Program-made: the position numbers and the translations under genes | Notes under the pieces: model-generated | Seen by the model: only the letters and a program-made list of their open reading frames with translations | What the model was told of the DNA's origin: nothing | The model's database searches: none | Shown here: piece by piece, positions 29,491-38,708 of the stretch | How positions within the stretch are numbered: the first letter of the stretch is position 1 | Layout of the letters: each line of letters opens with the position of its first letter | DNA from: a candidate division WOR-3 bacterium | GTDB lineage: Bacteria > Hydrothermota > Hydrothermia > B15-G9 > WFZT01 | Direction of reading: 5' to 3' | Length of the DNA: 64,000 bases | Assembly (NCBI GenBank): GCA_027053075.1 | Contig: JALUEE010000078.1 | Location: 32,001-96,000 of the forward strand

Positions 29491-30108
29491 TCACCTCCTA
29501 AAATTCGTCTTTTCCGGTGCATCAAAAAGCAATCTATTTAAAAAATAATGCCCAAATCTACTCCCTCTCCTCACATCATAAATGACAAAAACTGTCCTTC
29601 TGAAGATAAGGAATAAAGAAACAAAAAGCAAAGCACGAAAATATTGCGGAGCAAAAAATGGGGCAATAAATGGCATGGAGAGGATGGCAAAAAAATTACT
29701 CAAACCCGCCTCCCTTAAAGCCAATCCGGCAATGGAAATTGCGACAAAAATACCAAAAATTACAGGGCTTATAAAAAGTAGCACTCCCAGTGTTGTGGCT
29801 ATACCTCGTCCTCCCTTAAATCCAATAAAAATCGAATAGCAATGTCCGACAATGGGACTGAGAAGTGCTATGTCCTGAATGATACCGGGTGTAGTCAACT
29901 TTAATACAAGAACTGCAGCCACCAATCCTTTTGCAAAATCAAGTAATCCGGCGACAATTCCTGTGACTTTACCTGCATTCCTAATGGCATTTGAGCCCCC
30001 AACGTTGCCCGTCCCAACTTTTCTAATATCTATCCCCCTGGTAACCCGGGGCAGGATGAAGGAGAACGGAATACTACCGATCAAATAACCTGCAATAATA
30101 GCCAGCAC
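29491..30108 (-). CDS. plsY: Glycerol-3-phosphate acyltransferase PlsY
   Basis: GYLIGSIPF, DIRKVGTGNVGGSN, GHCYSIF.GFKGGRGIAT. Confidence 0.9.
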   Translation of the reverse strand: MLAIIAGYLIGSIPFSFILPRVTRGIDIRKVGTGNVGGSNAIRNAGKVTGIVAGLLDFAKGLVAAVLVLKLTTPGIIQDIALLSPIVGHCYSIFIGFKGGRGIATTLGVLLFISPVIFGIFVAISIAGLALREAGLSNFFAILSMPFIAPFFAPQYFRALLFVSLFLIFRRTVFVIYDVRRGSRFGHYFLNRLLFDAPEKTNFRR

Positions 30109-30162
30109 GCATGAAGTATAACACTAGAAGCCCAAAATTTTCAAAGTTTTGGAGATTTTTCA

Positions 30163-30195
30163 GGCGGGCCCACGCACGAAGTGCGTGGGCCCGCC
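30163..30195. repeat. Triloop-hairpin repeat between divergent genes
   Basis: GGCGGGCCCACGCAC-GAA-GTGCGTGGGCCCGCC. Confidence 0.85.
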
Positions 30196-30342
30196 GAAGC
30201 AATTCCAATAACCTTAAAAAAAAGACATACTGGATGGGACCAGGGCTTCTGGCAAATTGAAAGAGCAATAAATATGGGGTCATTAATCTTCCACGAAGAT
30301 TTTTTGTGGTCAACTCAAGGCAAATGCATTAAAATGATTGAT

Positions 30343-30795
30343 ATGAGAAAATTTCTAATTGGTGGCATAGTAATTCTGCTTCTTACTTCCTGCACGGCAG
30401 TGAGACAGGTCGTGGCTATTAAAGACCTGAAGATTAAGTTTCAAAACGTGGAGCTGGCACGCATAACCTTAGAAGGGGTGGACCTGAACCTCAACTTTAA
30501 AGCCTACAATCCAAATAGAGTGAACGCAGTACTCTCTGGATTTGCCGTTGATATATTTGCCAACAATATGAAAGTAGGAAAAGCGACCCTCAATAAAACC
30601 CTGAAAGTCCCTGCCGGTGGTAACGCAACCTTCACCATTCCCCTTCATCTGAGCTGGAGGGAGCTTTCTAATTCTCTCTCAAATGCAATAAGGAAAAAAT
30701 CCGTTACCTTTCGCGCCACAGGTTATGCTTTGATAAATACCCCACTTGGCAAACTCCGTTTTAAAGTCGCTGATTACACAAGAGAGATCAGGTAG
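30343..30795 (+). CDS. LEA type 2 / WHy domain lipoprotein
   Basis: Lipobox LTSC; YNPN motif; KVPAGG.ATFTIP. Confidence 0.75.
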   Translation: MRKFLIGGIVILLLTSCTAVRQVVAIKDLKIKFQNVELARITLEGVDLNLNFKAYNPNRVNAVLSGFAVDIFANNMKVGKATLNKTLKVPAGGNATFTIPLHLSWRELSNSLSNAIRKKSVTFRATGYALINTPLGKLRFKVADYTREIR

Positions 30796-30797
30796 GC

Positions 30798-32603
30798 TCA
30801 ATCTCCGTGCAGGTGGTAGTAAATCTTTTGGGCAAGTTTGGGGCCAATACCCTCCACCCTCTGGATTTCCTCAACTGAAGCAGACATCAGTCTCGATAGA
30901 CTGCCAAAATAGGAAATCAGTGCCTGCTTGCGCTTTTCACCTATGTCTGGAATTGTATCCAGAAAAGAAACAAACCCCTCTTTTGTCCTCAAATCCCTGT
31001 GGAAGGTTATGGCAAATCTGTGGGCCTCGTTCCTCAACCGTTGGATAAGCTTAAGTGCTTCAGAGCGTCTTGGAAGCATTAGAACCTTCCCATCCTGGGT
31101 GTAAAGCTCATCAAATCTCTTTGCTATTGCAAGAAAATAAACATCCTGTACACCAAGTTCCCTTGCCGCAGCAAGAGCCTGGTTGAGCTGCCCCACTCCC
31201 CCATCAATGACAAAAATATCTGGCAATCTCTTGCCCTCCTTTGTGAGTCTGCGAAGTCTCCTCTTTACCACCTCGTGAATCATACTAAAATCATCAATTC
31301 CCTGAACAGTCTTAATCCTGTACTTCCTGTAATCAGACTTTTTGGGATACCCCTTTTCAAAAACAACTATACTGCCTACCGGGTTGTTACCAAAGGTGTG
31401 TGAAATATCCACAGCCTCGATTCTCTCAGGCACACGATCAAGCTTTAAAAGGTCCTTCAATTCAAAAAGTGAGGGATGAATTGCCCTGTCCTCTATTTTT
31501 AGCTTTTGGATCTCAATCTCAAGCTCCTTTTGCGCGTTTTCCATGGCCAGCTTGAGAAGGGAATTCTCATCTGAAACAGGCTTCCTGATCTTAATTTTCT
31601 TCTCGGTCTTTTTCTCAAGATAGGCCCTCAAGTAATCAACACTTGGGGGCAATTCCGGGACAATGATCAAATTTGTCCACAAAGTGGCAGTTGAATAGTA
31701 CTGCCAGAGGAATTTTTCAAACGCTTCTATTTCAGAGATTCCCGGTTCTGTATCAACAAAGAACGTCTCCTTATAGACGAGCTTGCCGGTTTTGACATTC
31801 AAAACCACAAAAACCCCAAAATTGCGGGAGAGTGCGTATCCCCAGACCTCAAGGTCTTTGCCATTGGGTGAAACAACACTCTGAGGAGATAAAAGCTCCC
31901 TCAATGCAAGAAGATTATCTCGAATTTTAGCCGCGCGCTCAAACTCAAGATTCTCCGCGGCTTCCTTCATCTCCTCCTCGAGTATCTTCTCAACCCTTGT
32001 GGTTCGACCTGATAGGAGTTCGATTATTCCATTAACGAGCTTCATATACTCTTCTCTGGGCACATCCACCACACACGGACCAATGCATTTTCCGATATGA
32101 TAGTCAATGCAGGCAGGGAATCTCTTCCCTGGAGCAAGTTTATAGGTGCAGGTTCTAACAGGGAAAAGATTTCTCACCATCCTGATGGTTTTTCTAAGGG
32201 CTTTTGCAGACGTGTAGGGACCAAAGTAAATGGAATCTCGATCGCTCAGGTCCCTCGTTGCAAAAATTCCCGGATAGTAGTCTTTAATGGTGATCTTGAG
32301 ATAAGGATACTTTTTATCGTCCTTTAGACGAATGTTGTAGTACGGCTTGTACTGCTTGATAAGATTTGCCTCCAATAGAAGGGCCTCTGACTCTGAACCT
32401 GTGAGGATAAGCTGCAGGTCCCGTATTTTTGAGACCATCACCCTGAGTCTTGGATTTTCCTGTGGCTGGAGATAACTCCTCAAGCGATTCTTCAGATTTT
32501 TTGCCTTGCCCACGTAGAGTACGTGTCCATTTTTATCCTTAAAGATGTAAACACCGGGCTTTTCCGGAACCGTCTTTATCCTCTGAAGCAGGAACTCATT
32601 CAT
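30798..32603 (-). CDS. uvrC: Excinuclease ABC subunit C (start refined to MNEFLL)
   Basis: GIY-YIG PGVYIFKD..VLYVGKAKNL; FERAAKIRD; DISH; IDGGVGQ; RNEAHRFA; HhH GIGPKLA. Confidence 0.97.
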   Translation of the reverse strand: MNEFLLQRIKTVPEKPGVYIFKDKNGHVLYVGKAKNLKNRLRSYLQPQENPRLRVMVSKIRDLQLILTGSESEALLLEANLIKQYKPYYNIRLKDDKKYPYLKITIKDYYPGIFATRDLSDRDSIYFGPYTSAKALRKTIRMVRNLFPVRTCTYKLAPGKRFPACIDYHIGKCIGPCVVDVPREEYMKLVNGIIELLSGRTTRVEKILEEEMKEAAENLEFERAAKIRDNLLALRELLSPQSVVSPNGKDLEVWGYALSRNFGVFVVLNVKTGKLVYKETFFVDTEPGISEIEAFEKFLWQYYSTATLWTNLIIVPELPPSVDYLRAYLEKKTEKKIKIRKPVSDENSLLKLAMENAQKELEIEIQKLKIEDRAIHPSLFELKDLLKLDRVPERIEAVDISHTFGNNPVGSIVVFEKGYPKKSDYRKYRIKTVQGIDDFSMIHEVVKRRLRRLTKEGKRLPDIFVIDGGVGQLNQALAAARELGVQDVYFLAIAKRFDELYTQDGKVLMLPRRSEALKLIQRLRNEAHRFAITFHRDLRTKEGFVSFLDTIPDIGEKRKQALISYFGSLSRLMSASVEEIQRVEGIGPKLAQKIYYHLHGD

Positions 32604-32742
32604 GGGATAAAAAATACACTTAAACCTATTTCTCCACCACCCACAACAGATACGAGCTAAAATTTTATCAACCATATCTTGACAGATTTTATCAATCAGA
32701 TTACTTATAAAACATAATAAGACTATTAGGAGGTTTTTAGAT

Positions 32743-33435
32743 ATGAGCGTTCTGGAACTTAGAGAATTACAGGCATTGAACACCCTTGTCTTCGAGACCC
32801 TTGGACAGCCAGAGAAGGAGAGAGAATTCAAATTCAAATCTCTCAAGAAATGGGGTCTGGATTTGATTTTGGGTAAAAAGGGAGGGAAAACCACGTATTT
32901 TGTCGCTGAGTATGGGAAAAGGAAGTTGGGTGATATTTATGAAGAAAGCGGTGTTAAATACGAAGTTGACGAGATCCTTTACGAAATGCCCAAAAATAAG
33001 AGGTTATTTGCCCACATTGAAATGGAGGACGGTAGAGCCTACCTTGTTGGTCAGCTCAGAGAAGGAGATGAAAACATCGAAATCCTTAGGTTACCCGCTG
33101 CATCACTACTTCTTGCCTATTTCAAAAAGCACAGGTTGCACCACTTGATCGAGGCAATGAGAAATGTTGGAACAGCTACGGAGTTGGTTAAGCAAAGAGG
33201 TCAGGAGGGAAAGCCATATCCATTCAGCAAATTGCCCAATGTAGCAAGAAGATTCCTGAGAGAAGCCAAGAAAATCGAGCGCGAAGCAGGATTTGGAAGA
33301 GTCGCACTTGCATACTACGGTGAAAACAAGGACGGAGATGCAAGATTCAGAGTCTCATGGTTACTCCCAACCATTGCTCTCTTTGAAATCGATATCGCGG
33401 AGAAGGCAGACAAAATCCTTGGAGCTTTCAAGTAA
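32743..33435 (+). CDS. Conserved hypothetical protein, first gene of the prefoldin-containing operon
   Basis: 230-aa ORF with AGGAGG RBS; no function recognised. Confidence 0.75.
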   Translation: MSVLELRELQALNTLVFETLGQPEKEREFKFKSLKKWGLDLILGKKGGKTTYFVAEYGKRKLGDIYEESGVKYEVDEILYEMPKNKRLFAHIEMEDGRAYLVGQLREGDENIEILRLPAASLLLAYFKKHRLHHLIEAMRNVGTATELVKQRGQEGKPYPFSKLPNVARRFLREAKKIEREAGFGRVALAYYGENKDGDARFRVSWLLPTIALFEIDIAEKADKILGAFK

Positions 33436-33436
33436 G

Positions 33437-34156
33437 ATGGAACTTCTTTTCTGGACACCTGTTTTATACTCACGTAAGGGTTTCCCGAGGGACGAGGAGG
33501 GCAACCCTTTTATTGAAGGAAAAGTCATTGAAGAGTCCATTACTTCGGCCCTCATTTTTTATCACATAAAAAAGGACAAGCTCCTCGAAAATCAGATTAA
33601 AAAGCTCCTCATGGAGCTTTCACCTCGTGATGTGATGCCCATGGTGAAGAAATTGATATTTGAAAAATACAATCTGCACTCTCTTTTGACTTTACCCGAT
33701 AGAATTCCTCTAATTGGTGGTAAAATCTACAAAACTCCCGTTGATGTAATGGACCTTCAGACGTGGGACGAGGTGGATTCATTTATAGGAGAGGTCTTCG
33801 AGGGTATCCTCAGAATACCCGTCGAATCTGAAAAGCTGGAGCTTATCATGGCAGCCGGACATTCATACACAGAAGCCCTGCTCAAAATGGAGATGGAGCT
33901 TTTAGGTGATCATCCACTGGTAGAGACCTTCTACATTCCCATGATCAATGAGGTCAAGAAATGGGAAATCCCACTCAGGACAGGGTGGTGGACCGTGGAA
34001 AAATTTAAGGGAAATCTTCTCTTCTTCTGGAGGGTTAAGGAAATAAGAGAAAGATTCTTGCGCGAATTTAAGCTGGATATAAGGCCACAGAAAATCCTCT
34101 TTCTCCCACGGGAGGGGGTGACGGCAGGATGGGCAGAACTTAAAAAGGAGGTGTAA
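33437..34156 (+). CDS. Hypothetical protein, possible degenerate RAMP (Csm5-like)
   Basis: ATG 1 nt after the previous stop; WTPVLY, PFIEGKVIEESITSALIFY, LRTGW and RP.KI...AGWAEL echo Csm5 motif positions (my recognition, no search run). Confidence 0.45.
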   Translation: MELLFWTPVLYSRKGFPRDEEGNPFIEGKVIEESITSALIFYHIKKDKLLENQIKKLLMELSPRDVMPMVKKLIFEKYNLHSLLTLPDRIPLIGGKIYKTPVDVMDLQTWDEVDSFIGEVFEGILRIPVESEKLELIMAAGHSYTEALLKMEMELLGDHPLVETFYIPMINEVKKWEIPLRTGWWTVEKFKGNLLFFWRVKEIRERFLREFKLDIRPQKILFLPREGVTAGWAELKKEV

Positions 34157-34159
34157 GTC

Positions 34160-34618
34160 ATGGCAGCAAAGAAAGAAGTAAAAAAGGACGACAAAAAAAT
34201 GGCTGAACTCAATAGGGAGCTGAGAAGCTATATAAACCAGATAGAAACACTCAGGGTAAATATTACAAACATTGATGCCCTGATTTCGGAGTACAGGACA
34301 ACCATAACAACCCTTCAGAACCTGAAAGACCTTGGTAAAGGTAAAGAAGTGCTCCTGCCTGTAGGAAGGATTGCACAGGTTAGCGCGAAATTAGAGGCAG
34401 TTGATAAAGTAGTGGTAAGCATTGGAAGCAGCATATCTGTCGAGCTCACATTCGACGAGGCCGTCAAGCAGATCGAGAAGGAAATCTCAGCTCTAATACT
34501 GCTCAGACAGGCACTTGAGAAGACGATGGTAGAGCTCTATGGGAAAGTGGAAGAATTAACCCAGAAGATAAGAGAACATGGAAGAGAAGAAGCAACAGCA
34601 GAAGAAGGAAAGAAATAA
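34160..34618 (+). CDS. pfdA: Prefoldin alpha subunit (archaeal-type)
   Basis: Coiled coil - EVLLPVGRIAQVSAKLEAVDKVVVSIGSSISVELTFDEAVKQI - coiled coil, the two-hairpin alpha-prefoldin pattern. Confidence 0.85.
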   Translation: MAAKKEVKKDDKKMAELNRELRSYINQIETLRVNITNIDALISEYRTTITTLQNLKDLGKGKEVLLPVGRIAQVSAKLEAVDKVVVSIGSSISVELTFDEAVKQIEKEISALILLRQALEKTMVELYGKVEELTQKIREHGREEATAEEGKK

Positions 34619-34745
34619 GTGGATAGAGGAATTTATCTCAAAGTTGCCAGAAGGCAGAAAAATTTACTACCGATTTGGGAATCTTATGGTAGAGGTGTCT
34701 CGCAAGGAGGCACTGGAACTCATTAAAAAGGAGGAAAAGAAATGA
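34578..34745 (+). CDS. Mini prefoldin beta-like protein, 55 aa (not in ORF track)
   Basis: MEEKKQQQKKERNKWIEEFISKLPEGRKIYYRFGNLMVEVSRKEALELIKKEEKK; the LPE..KIY...GNL.VEVS..EALE pattern is the beta-prefoldin hairpin; stop overlaps the next ATG (ATGA). Confidence 0.72.
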   Translation: MEEKKQQQKKERNKWIEEFISKLPEGRKIYYRFGNLMVEVSRKEALELIKKEEKK

Positions 34746-35215
34746 GGAAACCAGGAACTCTCATAGTGATTGTTACAATTGTCGCGCTGGCTCTCGGATG
34801 GGTGATCGGTGGATTTTTCACCAGCACCTCGGTGGCAAAAGCAATTGCATCCATCCCTGCGTCTCCGATAGTTGTGGATGCCAAGTACAAAAGAGACCAG
34901 CATACAATTGAATATTCAATGCTAAATCCAGGAGGGATGCCCCTCACCATTGTGCAGGAATCTTTTGTCTTCACACCCGGTAAAGAGACTAAAGAGAAGA
35001 GCTACATCGTGTCCAACGTACCTGTCAACGTAAAACTGCTTCCCGGGGTGATTACAAAAGTTGAACTTAAGCTCAAACCCGGAACCGAGAAACTCCAGCT
35101 CGGAGACGTGGTACTTGCTACCTTTGCCTACCATCATCCTCTTTCAGAGGACCTTTATACGGTGGTTCACTCGTTTACCATGGAAACAGCAGACACCACT
35201 GGAGGTAAGAAGTAA
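34742..35215 (+). CDS. Membrane-anchored hypothetical protein with probable Ig-like beta domain
   Basis: Basic N-terminus plus TM helix; NPGGMPLTI...LLPG beta-rich domain; AAGGAGG RBS. Confidence 0.65.
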   Translation: MRKPGTLIVIVTIVALALGWVIGGFFTSTSVAKAIASIPASPIVVDAKYKRDQHTIEYSMLNPGGMPLTIVQESFVFTPGKETKEKSYIVSNVPVNVKLLPGVITKVELKLKPGTEKLQLGDVVLATFAYHHPLSEDLYTVVHSFTMETADTTGGKK

Positions 35216-35739
35216 TGAAGGGTGAAAGAGTCCTGTGGTGGATATTCTTTGTAGTATTCGTTGCCTTCCTGATTTTCGGTACTCTCGTGTTCACTGCTAC
35301 GATCATAGCAAATCCTGTTGCAGCAACATTCTTTCTGGGTCTAACAGGTTTCTGGCTCTTTGCCAATAGACTCATATTCGGTTTCGCAGGAATCACAAAC
35401 ACCGCAAATCAGGTTGCAAAAGGAGAGGAAGTTGACAGGAAAAAATTGGCCTCGTACTCAAAGGAACCTGAAGAAAGGACAAGGGAGCTCAGTCTGGTTT
35501 CGCTTCTGATCCTCTGGAGAAATGCTCTTGAACCTTACAGGTACGCTTACTACTTCGCATTCTTTATAGTGTTCATCATCGCAATGCTTTTCCAGCTAAA
35601 TATAATCCAGTCATACGTAGGAGTGATAGCGAAGTCCATCATGTTCGGTGCATCCGTGCCAACGCTGATAGTGTGGGTACTTGACATATTTTCACGTGCT
35701 TACTTAAACGGAGCGATTAAGGCTTCAATGGGGGCCTAA
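35215..35739 (+). CDS. Hypothetical integral membrane protein (about 4 TM)
   Basis: Hydrophobic segments; TAATG-coupled to the previous gene. Confidence 0.7.
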   Translation: MKGERVLWWIFFVVFVAFLIFGTLVFTATIIANPVAATFFLGLTGFWLFANRLIFGFAGITNTANQVAKGEEVDRKKLASYSKEPEERTRELSLVSLLILWRNALEPYRYAYYFAFFIVFIIAMLFQLNIIQSYVGVIAKSIMFGASVPTLIVWVLDIFSRAYLNGAIKASMGA

Positions 35740-35882
35740 TAGACACCCTCCTTCCGTTTAAAGCAGGAGGGGGCGGGATGGTGGGGAGCTTTTTATATAA
35801 ATTTGAGTGGGAAGCGAATTTAAGAGATAGTTAACGTTTATACCGTATAGAGAGCAAATTCGAACTTTTTATAAGATGTTGG

Positions 35883-35909
35883 GAGGGGCTGCCCGAAGGG
35901 CAGCCCCTC
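35883..35909. terminator. Hairpin between convergent genes (triloop family)
   Basis: GAGGGGCTGCCC-GAA-GGGCAGCCCCTC. Confidence 0.65.
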
Positions 35910-35915
35910 ATCTCA

Positions 35916-38660
35916 TCATTCCTTCACCTCTTCCTTTATAACCTCAATTGCCTTCAAAAGCTGGAGGTCTTCATCTGGCCTGTTGGGGTCATTTTCCACA
36001 TAAACATCAGGCTTAACCCCAAGACCCTCTAAGTTGGTTCCATCCGGCAAATACCAGCCAACATAAGGCACGTTGAGACTCGAACCGTCGGGCAATTTAA
36101 CGTGGTCGGTTCCTATCACCCCACCACCTGTGGGCACACCCACAAGCTTTCCGATTCCGAGATACTTCACAGCAGCCGGGAAAATCTCCGCATCCGAGAA
36201 CGAGTACTGGTTAATGAGCACCACAAGGGGCTTGCCCCATCTGAGCCTGGGCTGAACCTGTATCTTTCCACCTCTCCTTCTGAATTTTGCATAGGCCTTT
36301 TTCGTAAGGATATCAAGAAGGGCCTCGTGAATGCGACCACCAGGGTTGTAACGAATATCAAGGATTAACCCCTCTTTCTTCTGCCTCAAAAATCTCATTA
36401 TTGCTCGCCTGAATCTTGCAAGCTCATCCTCGTTCATTGCTCTGATATGATGATACGCAACCTTTCCACCTGTCAGGCTATCCACGATATGTGCATTACG
36501 CCTCTCCCACTCTTCCCACACGAAAGTCCTCATGGTGTCAGCAGGTAGAACCTTCATGGAGAGCACACGCTCGTCCACTGTTTTCACCGTTATGCTATCC
36601 CTGTTGAAAGTTTCTTTGTAGAAGTTGAAGTGTGGATTTTTAGTGCTGTGGCCGTTGATTTCAACGATCATATCACCCACTTCTAAACCAGCAGAGTCTG
36701 CAGGTGAACCCTTGAAGACCTTTGCCACCTTCAGCCCGTATTCCGTCAGTTTCCCTCTGAATCCTACAAATCCCTTTATCTTGATTTTGCTCTTAGGTGG
36801 TGAGATTCCCATGTGGGACGCTCTAAGCTCACCGGTCATAAAGAGGATAGCCTTTCTAAGCTCACTGTAAGTTTCGATATAGTCAAGAAGTGGCTCGTAG
36901 TATGCCTTTACCGCTTTCCAATCGACTCCATTCATGGTAGAATCGTAAAATCTCGTCTTCAACTCCTCCCAGGCCATATCGAATATGCGACGGAAATCCT
37001 TTTTACGATCAACCATCTCTTCCGCCGTGAATTCCACAGTTTCAGGCAGAATAAGTTCTTTAGGAGCCTTGATTTTCTGGATTTTCCCGTGGTTTGTGAA
37101 AATAATCAGTCCATCTGCCCAGTTGGGCCCACGCCCAGGGGTGAGCTGCACGTGGTGCTTTCCAGCGGCATCCATGACATAGATATTTACACCAGACTGT
37201 GATGAGACCTCATAAGCCACCATATTGCCGTCAGGAGAAACTGTTGGAATCTGTTTATAACCCGGCCCTGACGTGAGTTTTTGTGGCTTGCCTTTGGCCT
37301 TACCGTCCTCAAAAGCAACTCGGTAAATTTCTCCGTTACCACTCCTCTGAGAATCAAAATAAATCCATTTTCCATCTGGAGAAAATGTGGCATCATCGTC
37401 TGCCTTTTCGTGGTGGGTAATCTGGAAAACCTTCCTATCACTCAGTCTGATAACAAAAATGTCTTTGTTCCCCTTTCTCATTGATGTAAACACAATGTAG
37501 TTCCCATCAGGTGACCAACTTTCGAAGAAATCATCGTGTTTATCCTTTGTAATCTGCTCGGGCTGGCCACCATCCACAGGAATTACAAAAATGTCATTAT
37601 TGCCATTTCTATTCGAAAAGTAGGCAATTTTCTTGCCATCAGGAGAAAAGCGGGGCCACTTATTTGCGTAAGGGTCATCGGTTATTTTCCTTGCCTCACC
37701 TCCATTCGCAGGCACAATCCAGATATCTCCTCTCATAGAAAATGCGATGTATCTGCCATCAGGAGATAGAGCAGGTGATTCGCCCGAATCTGTAAATTTC
37801 CTCAAAAATTTCTCCGGAAGCTTGTCATCAGTTCTGATAATAATATTCAACGGGCTGACCTCACCTGTAGCAAGATCAAGTTTGTAGAGCATCAATTTGT
37901 GCTCAAATATTGCGAATCTGCCGTCTTTAGATACGGTTAGGTGAAGCGCGTCTCCCCTTTTTAGGTGGGTGAGCCTCACGGGTTTGCCTTCAAATTTATA
38001 AACCTGCAGGCCACTATCCCTTTCCGAAATAAAATAGAGGTTGCCCTTGCCATCAACTGCAGGGTCCCTGTCGGTGCCATCAAAGTGTGTGATTCTTTCA
38101 AACTTACCATCCTTGAGCTTGTAAATTTCTCCATTTGCCGAGCCCCTATATCCCTTTCTGAAGTACGAAACTCCATTTCTCACAAAATATATGGAGCTGT
38201 CAGGAGAATATACGGCACTGTGAGATTCAAAGAAGGTTACCCGCTTTGCCGGACCTCCATCTTTGTGAATTTTATAGACACTATAGACAATTCCGTCTCG
38301 GTAGGAATAAAAAAGTATGGTGTCACCCTTCCAGTCCGATGGGATATCGGTTGAAGGGTTGTAAGTGAGTCTTTTTGGCATACCACCTTCTGAGGGGACA
38401 ATCCAGATGTCGTAATTCCCCGCGCGTCTTGAGCCAAAGGCTATGAACTTTCCATCAGGTGACCAGACAGGCTTTGTATCCGTAGAATCGTGAAGTGTTA
38501 TGCGCTTTAATGTGCTGTCTTTCAGCCCATAGACCCAGATATCTCCCCGATAGGTAAATGCAACTTTATTGCCATCCGGAGAAATAGCCGGGTAAAAAAG
38601 TCCAGGGGTTGGCTTCCCCTGCGTAACGGATAGAAAAATAAAGAGAAGATACTTTATCAT
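35916..38660 (-). CDS. Tricorn-like S41 peptidase with PD40 repeats and PDZ domain (start refined to MIKYLL)
   Basis: Many WSPDG/FSPDG repeats; LDIRYNPGG; SFSDAEIF; GVPTGGGVIG; EGLGVKPD. Confidence 0.9.
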   Translation of the reverse strand: MIKYLLFIFLSVTQGKPTPGLFYPAISPDGNKVAFTYRGDIWVYGLKDSTLKRITLHDSTDTKPVWSPDGKFIAFGSRRAGNYDIWIVPSEGGMPKRLTYNPSTDIPSDWKGDTILFYSYRDGIVYSVYKIHKDGGPAKRVTFFESHSAVYSPDSSIYFVRNGVSYFRKGYRGSANGEIYKLKDGKFERITHFDGTDRDPAVDGKGNLYFISERDSGLQVYKFEGKPVRLTHLKRGDALHLTVSKDGRFAIFEHKLMLYKLDLATGEVSPLNIIIRTDDKLPEKFLRKFTDSGESPALSPDGRYIAFSMRGDIWIVPANGGEARKITDDPYANKWPRFSPDGKKIAYFSNRNGNNDIFVIPVDGGQPEQITKDKHDDFFESWSPDGNYIVFTSMRKGNKDIFVIRLSDRKVFQITHHEKADDDATFSPDGKWIYFDSQRSGNGEIYRVAFEDGKAKGKPQKLTSGPGYKQIPTVSPDGNMVAYEVSSQSGVNIYVMDAAGKHHVQLTPGRGPNWADGLIIFTNHGKIQKIKAPKELILPETVEFTAEEMVDRKKDFRRIFDMAWEELKTRFYDSTMNGVDWKAVKAYYEPLLDYIETYSELRKAILFMTGELRASHMGISPPKSKIKIKGFVGFRGKLTEYGLKVAKVFKGSPADSAGLEVGDMIVEINGHSTKNPHFNFYKETFNRDSITVKTVDERVLSMKVLPADTMRTFVWEEWERRNAHIVDSLTGGKVAYHHIRAMNEDELARFRRAIMRFLRQKKEGLILDIRYNPGGRIHEALLDILTKKAYAKFRRRGGKIQVQPRLRWGKPLVVLINQYSFSDAEIFPAAVKYLGIGKLVGVPTGGGVIGTDHVKLPDGSSLNVPYVGWYLPDGTNLEGLGVKPDVYVENDPNRPDEDLQLLKAIEVIKEEVKE

Positions 38661-38708
38661 ATCACACAGCCTCCTTTCAAAAATTTTGGTAAGTTTAAGG
38701 TGCTCACA

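Noticed and set aside
32604..32894. 97-aa N-terminal extension of UvrC in the ORF track (likewise extensions of the tricorn-like protein, purB, DUF4405, LEA and 33293 ORFs)
   Set aside because: They overlap neighbouring genes or hairpins; family homology starts at downstream start codons.
34742..34830. Archaeal class III (prepilin) signal peptide on the membrane-anchored protein
   Set aside because: MRKPG-TL does not match the [KR][GA] cleavage consensus cleanly and no prepilin peptidase or pilus ATPase is nearby.
35916..38660. Tricorn-like protease as the lanthipeptide leader peptidase
   Set aside because: It lies about 20 kb from lanKC among housekeeping genes, and known class III leader removal uses other protease families (M1, S9, M16); no linkage evidence.
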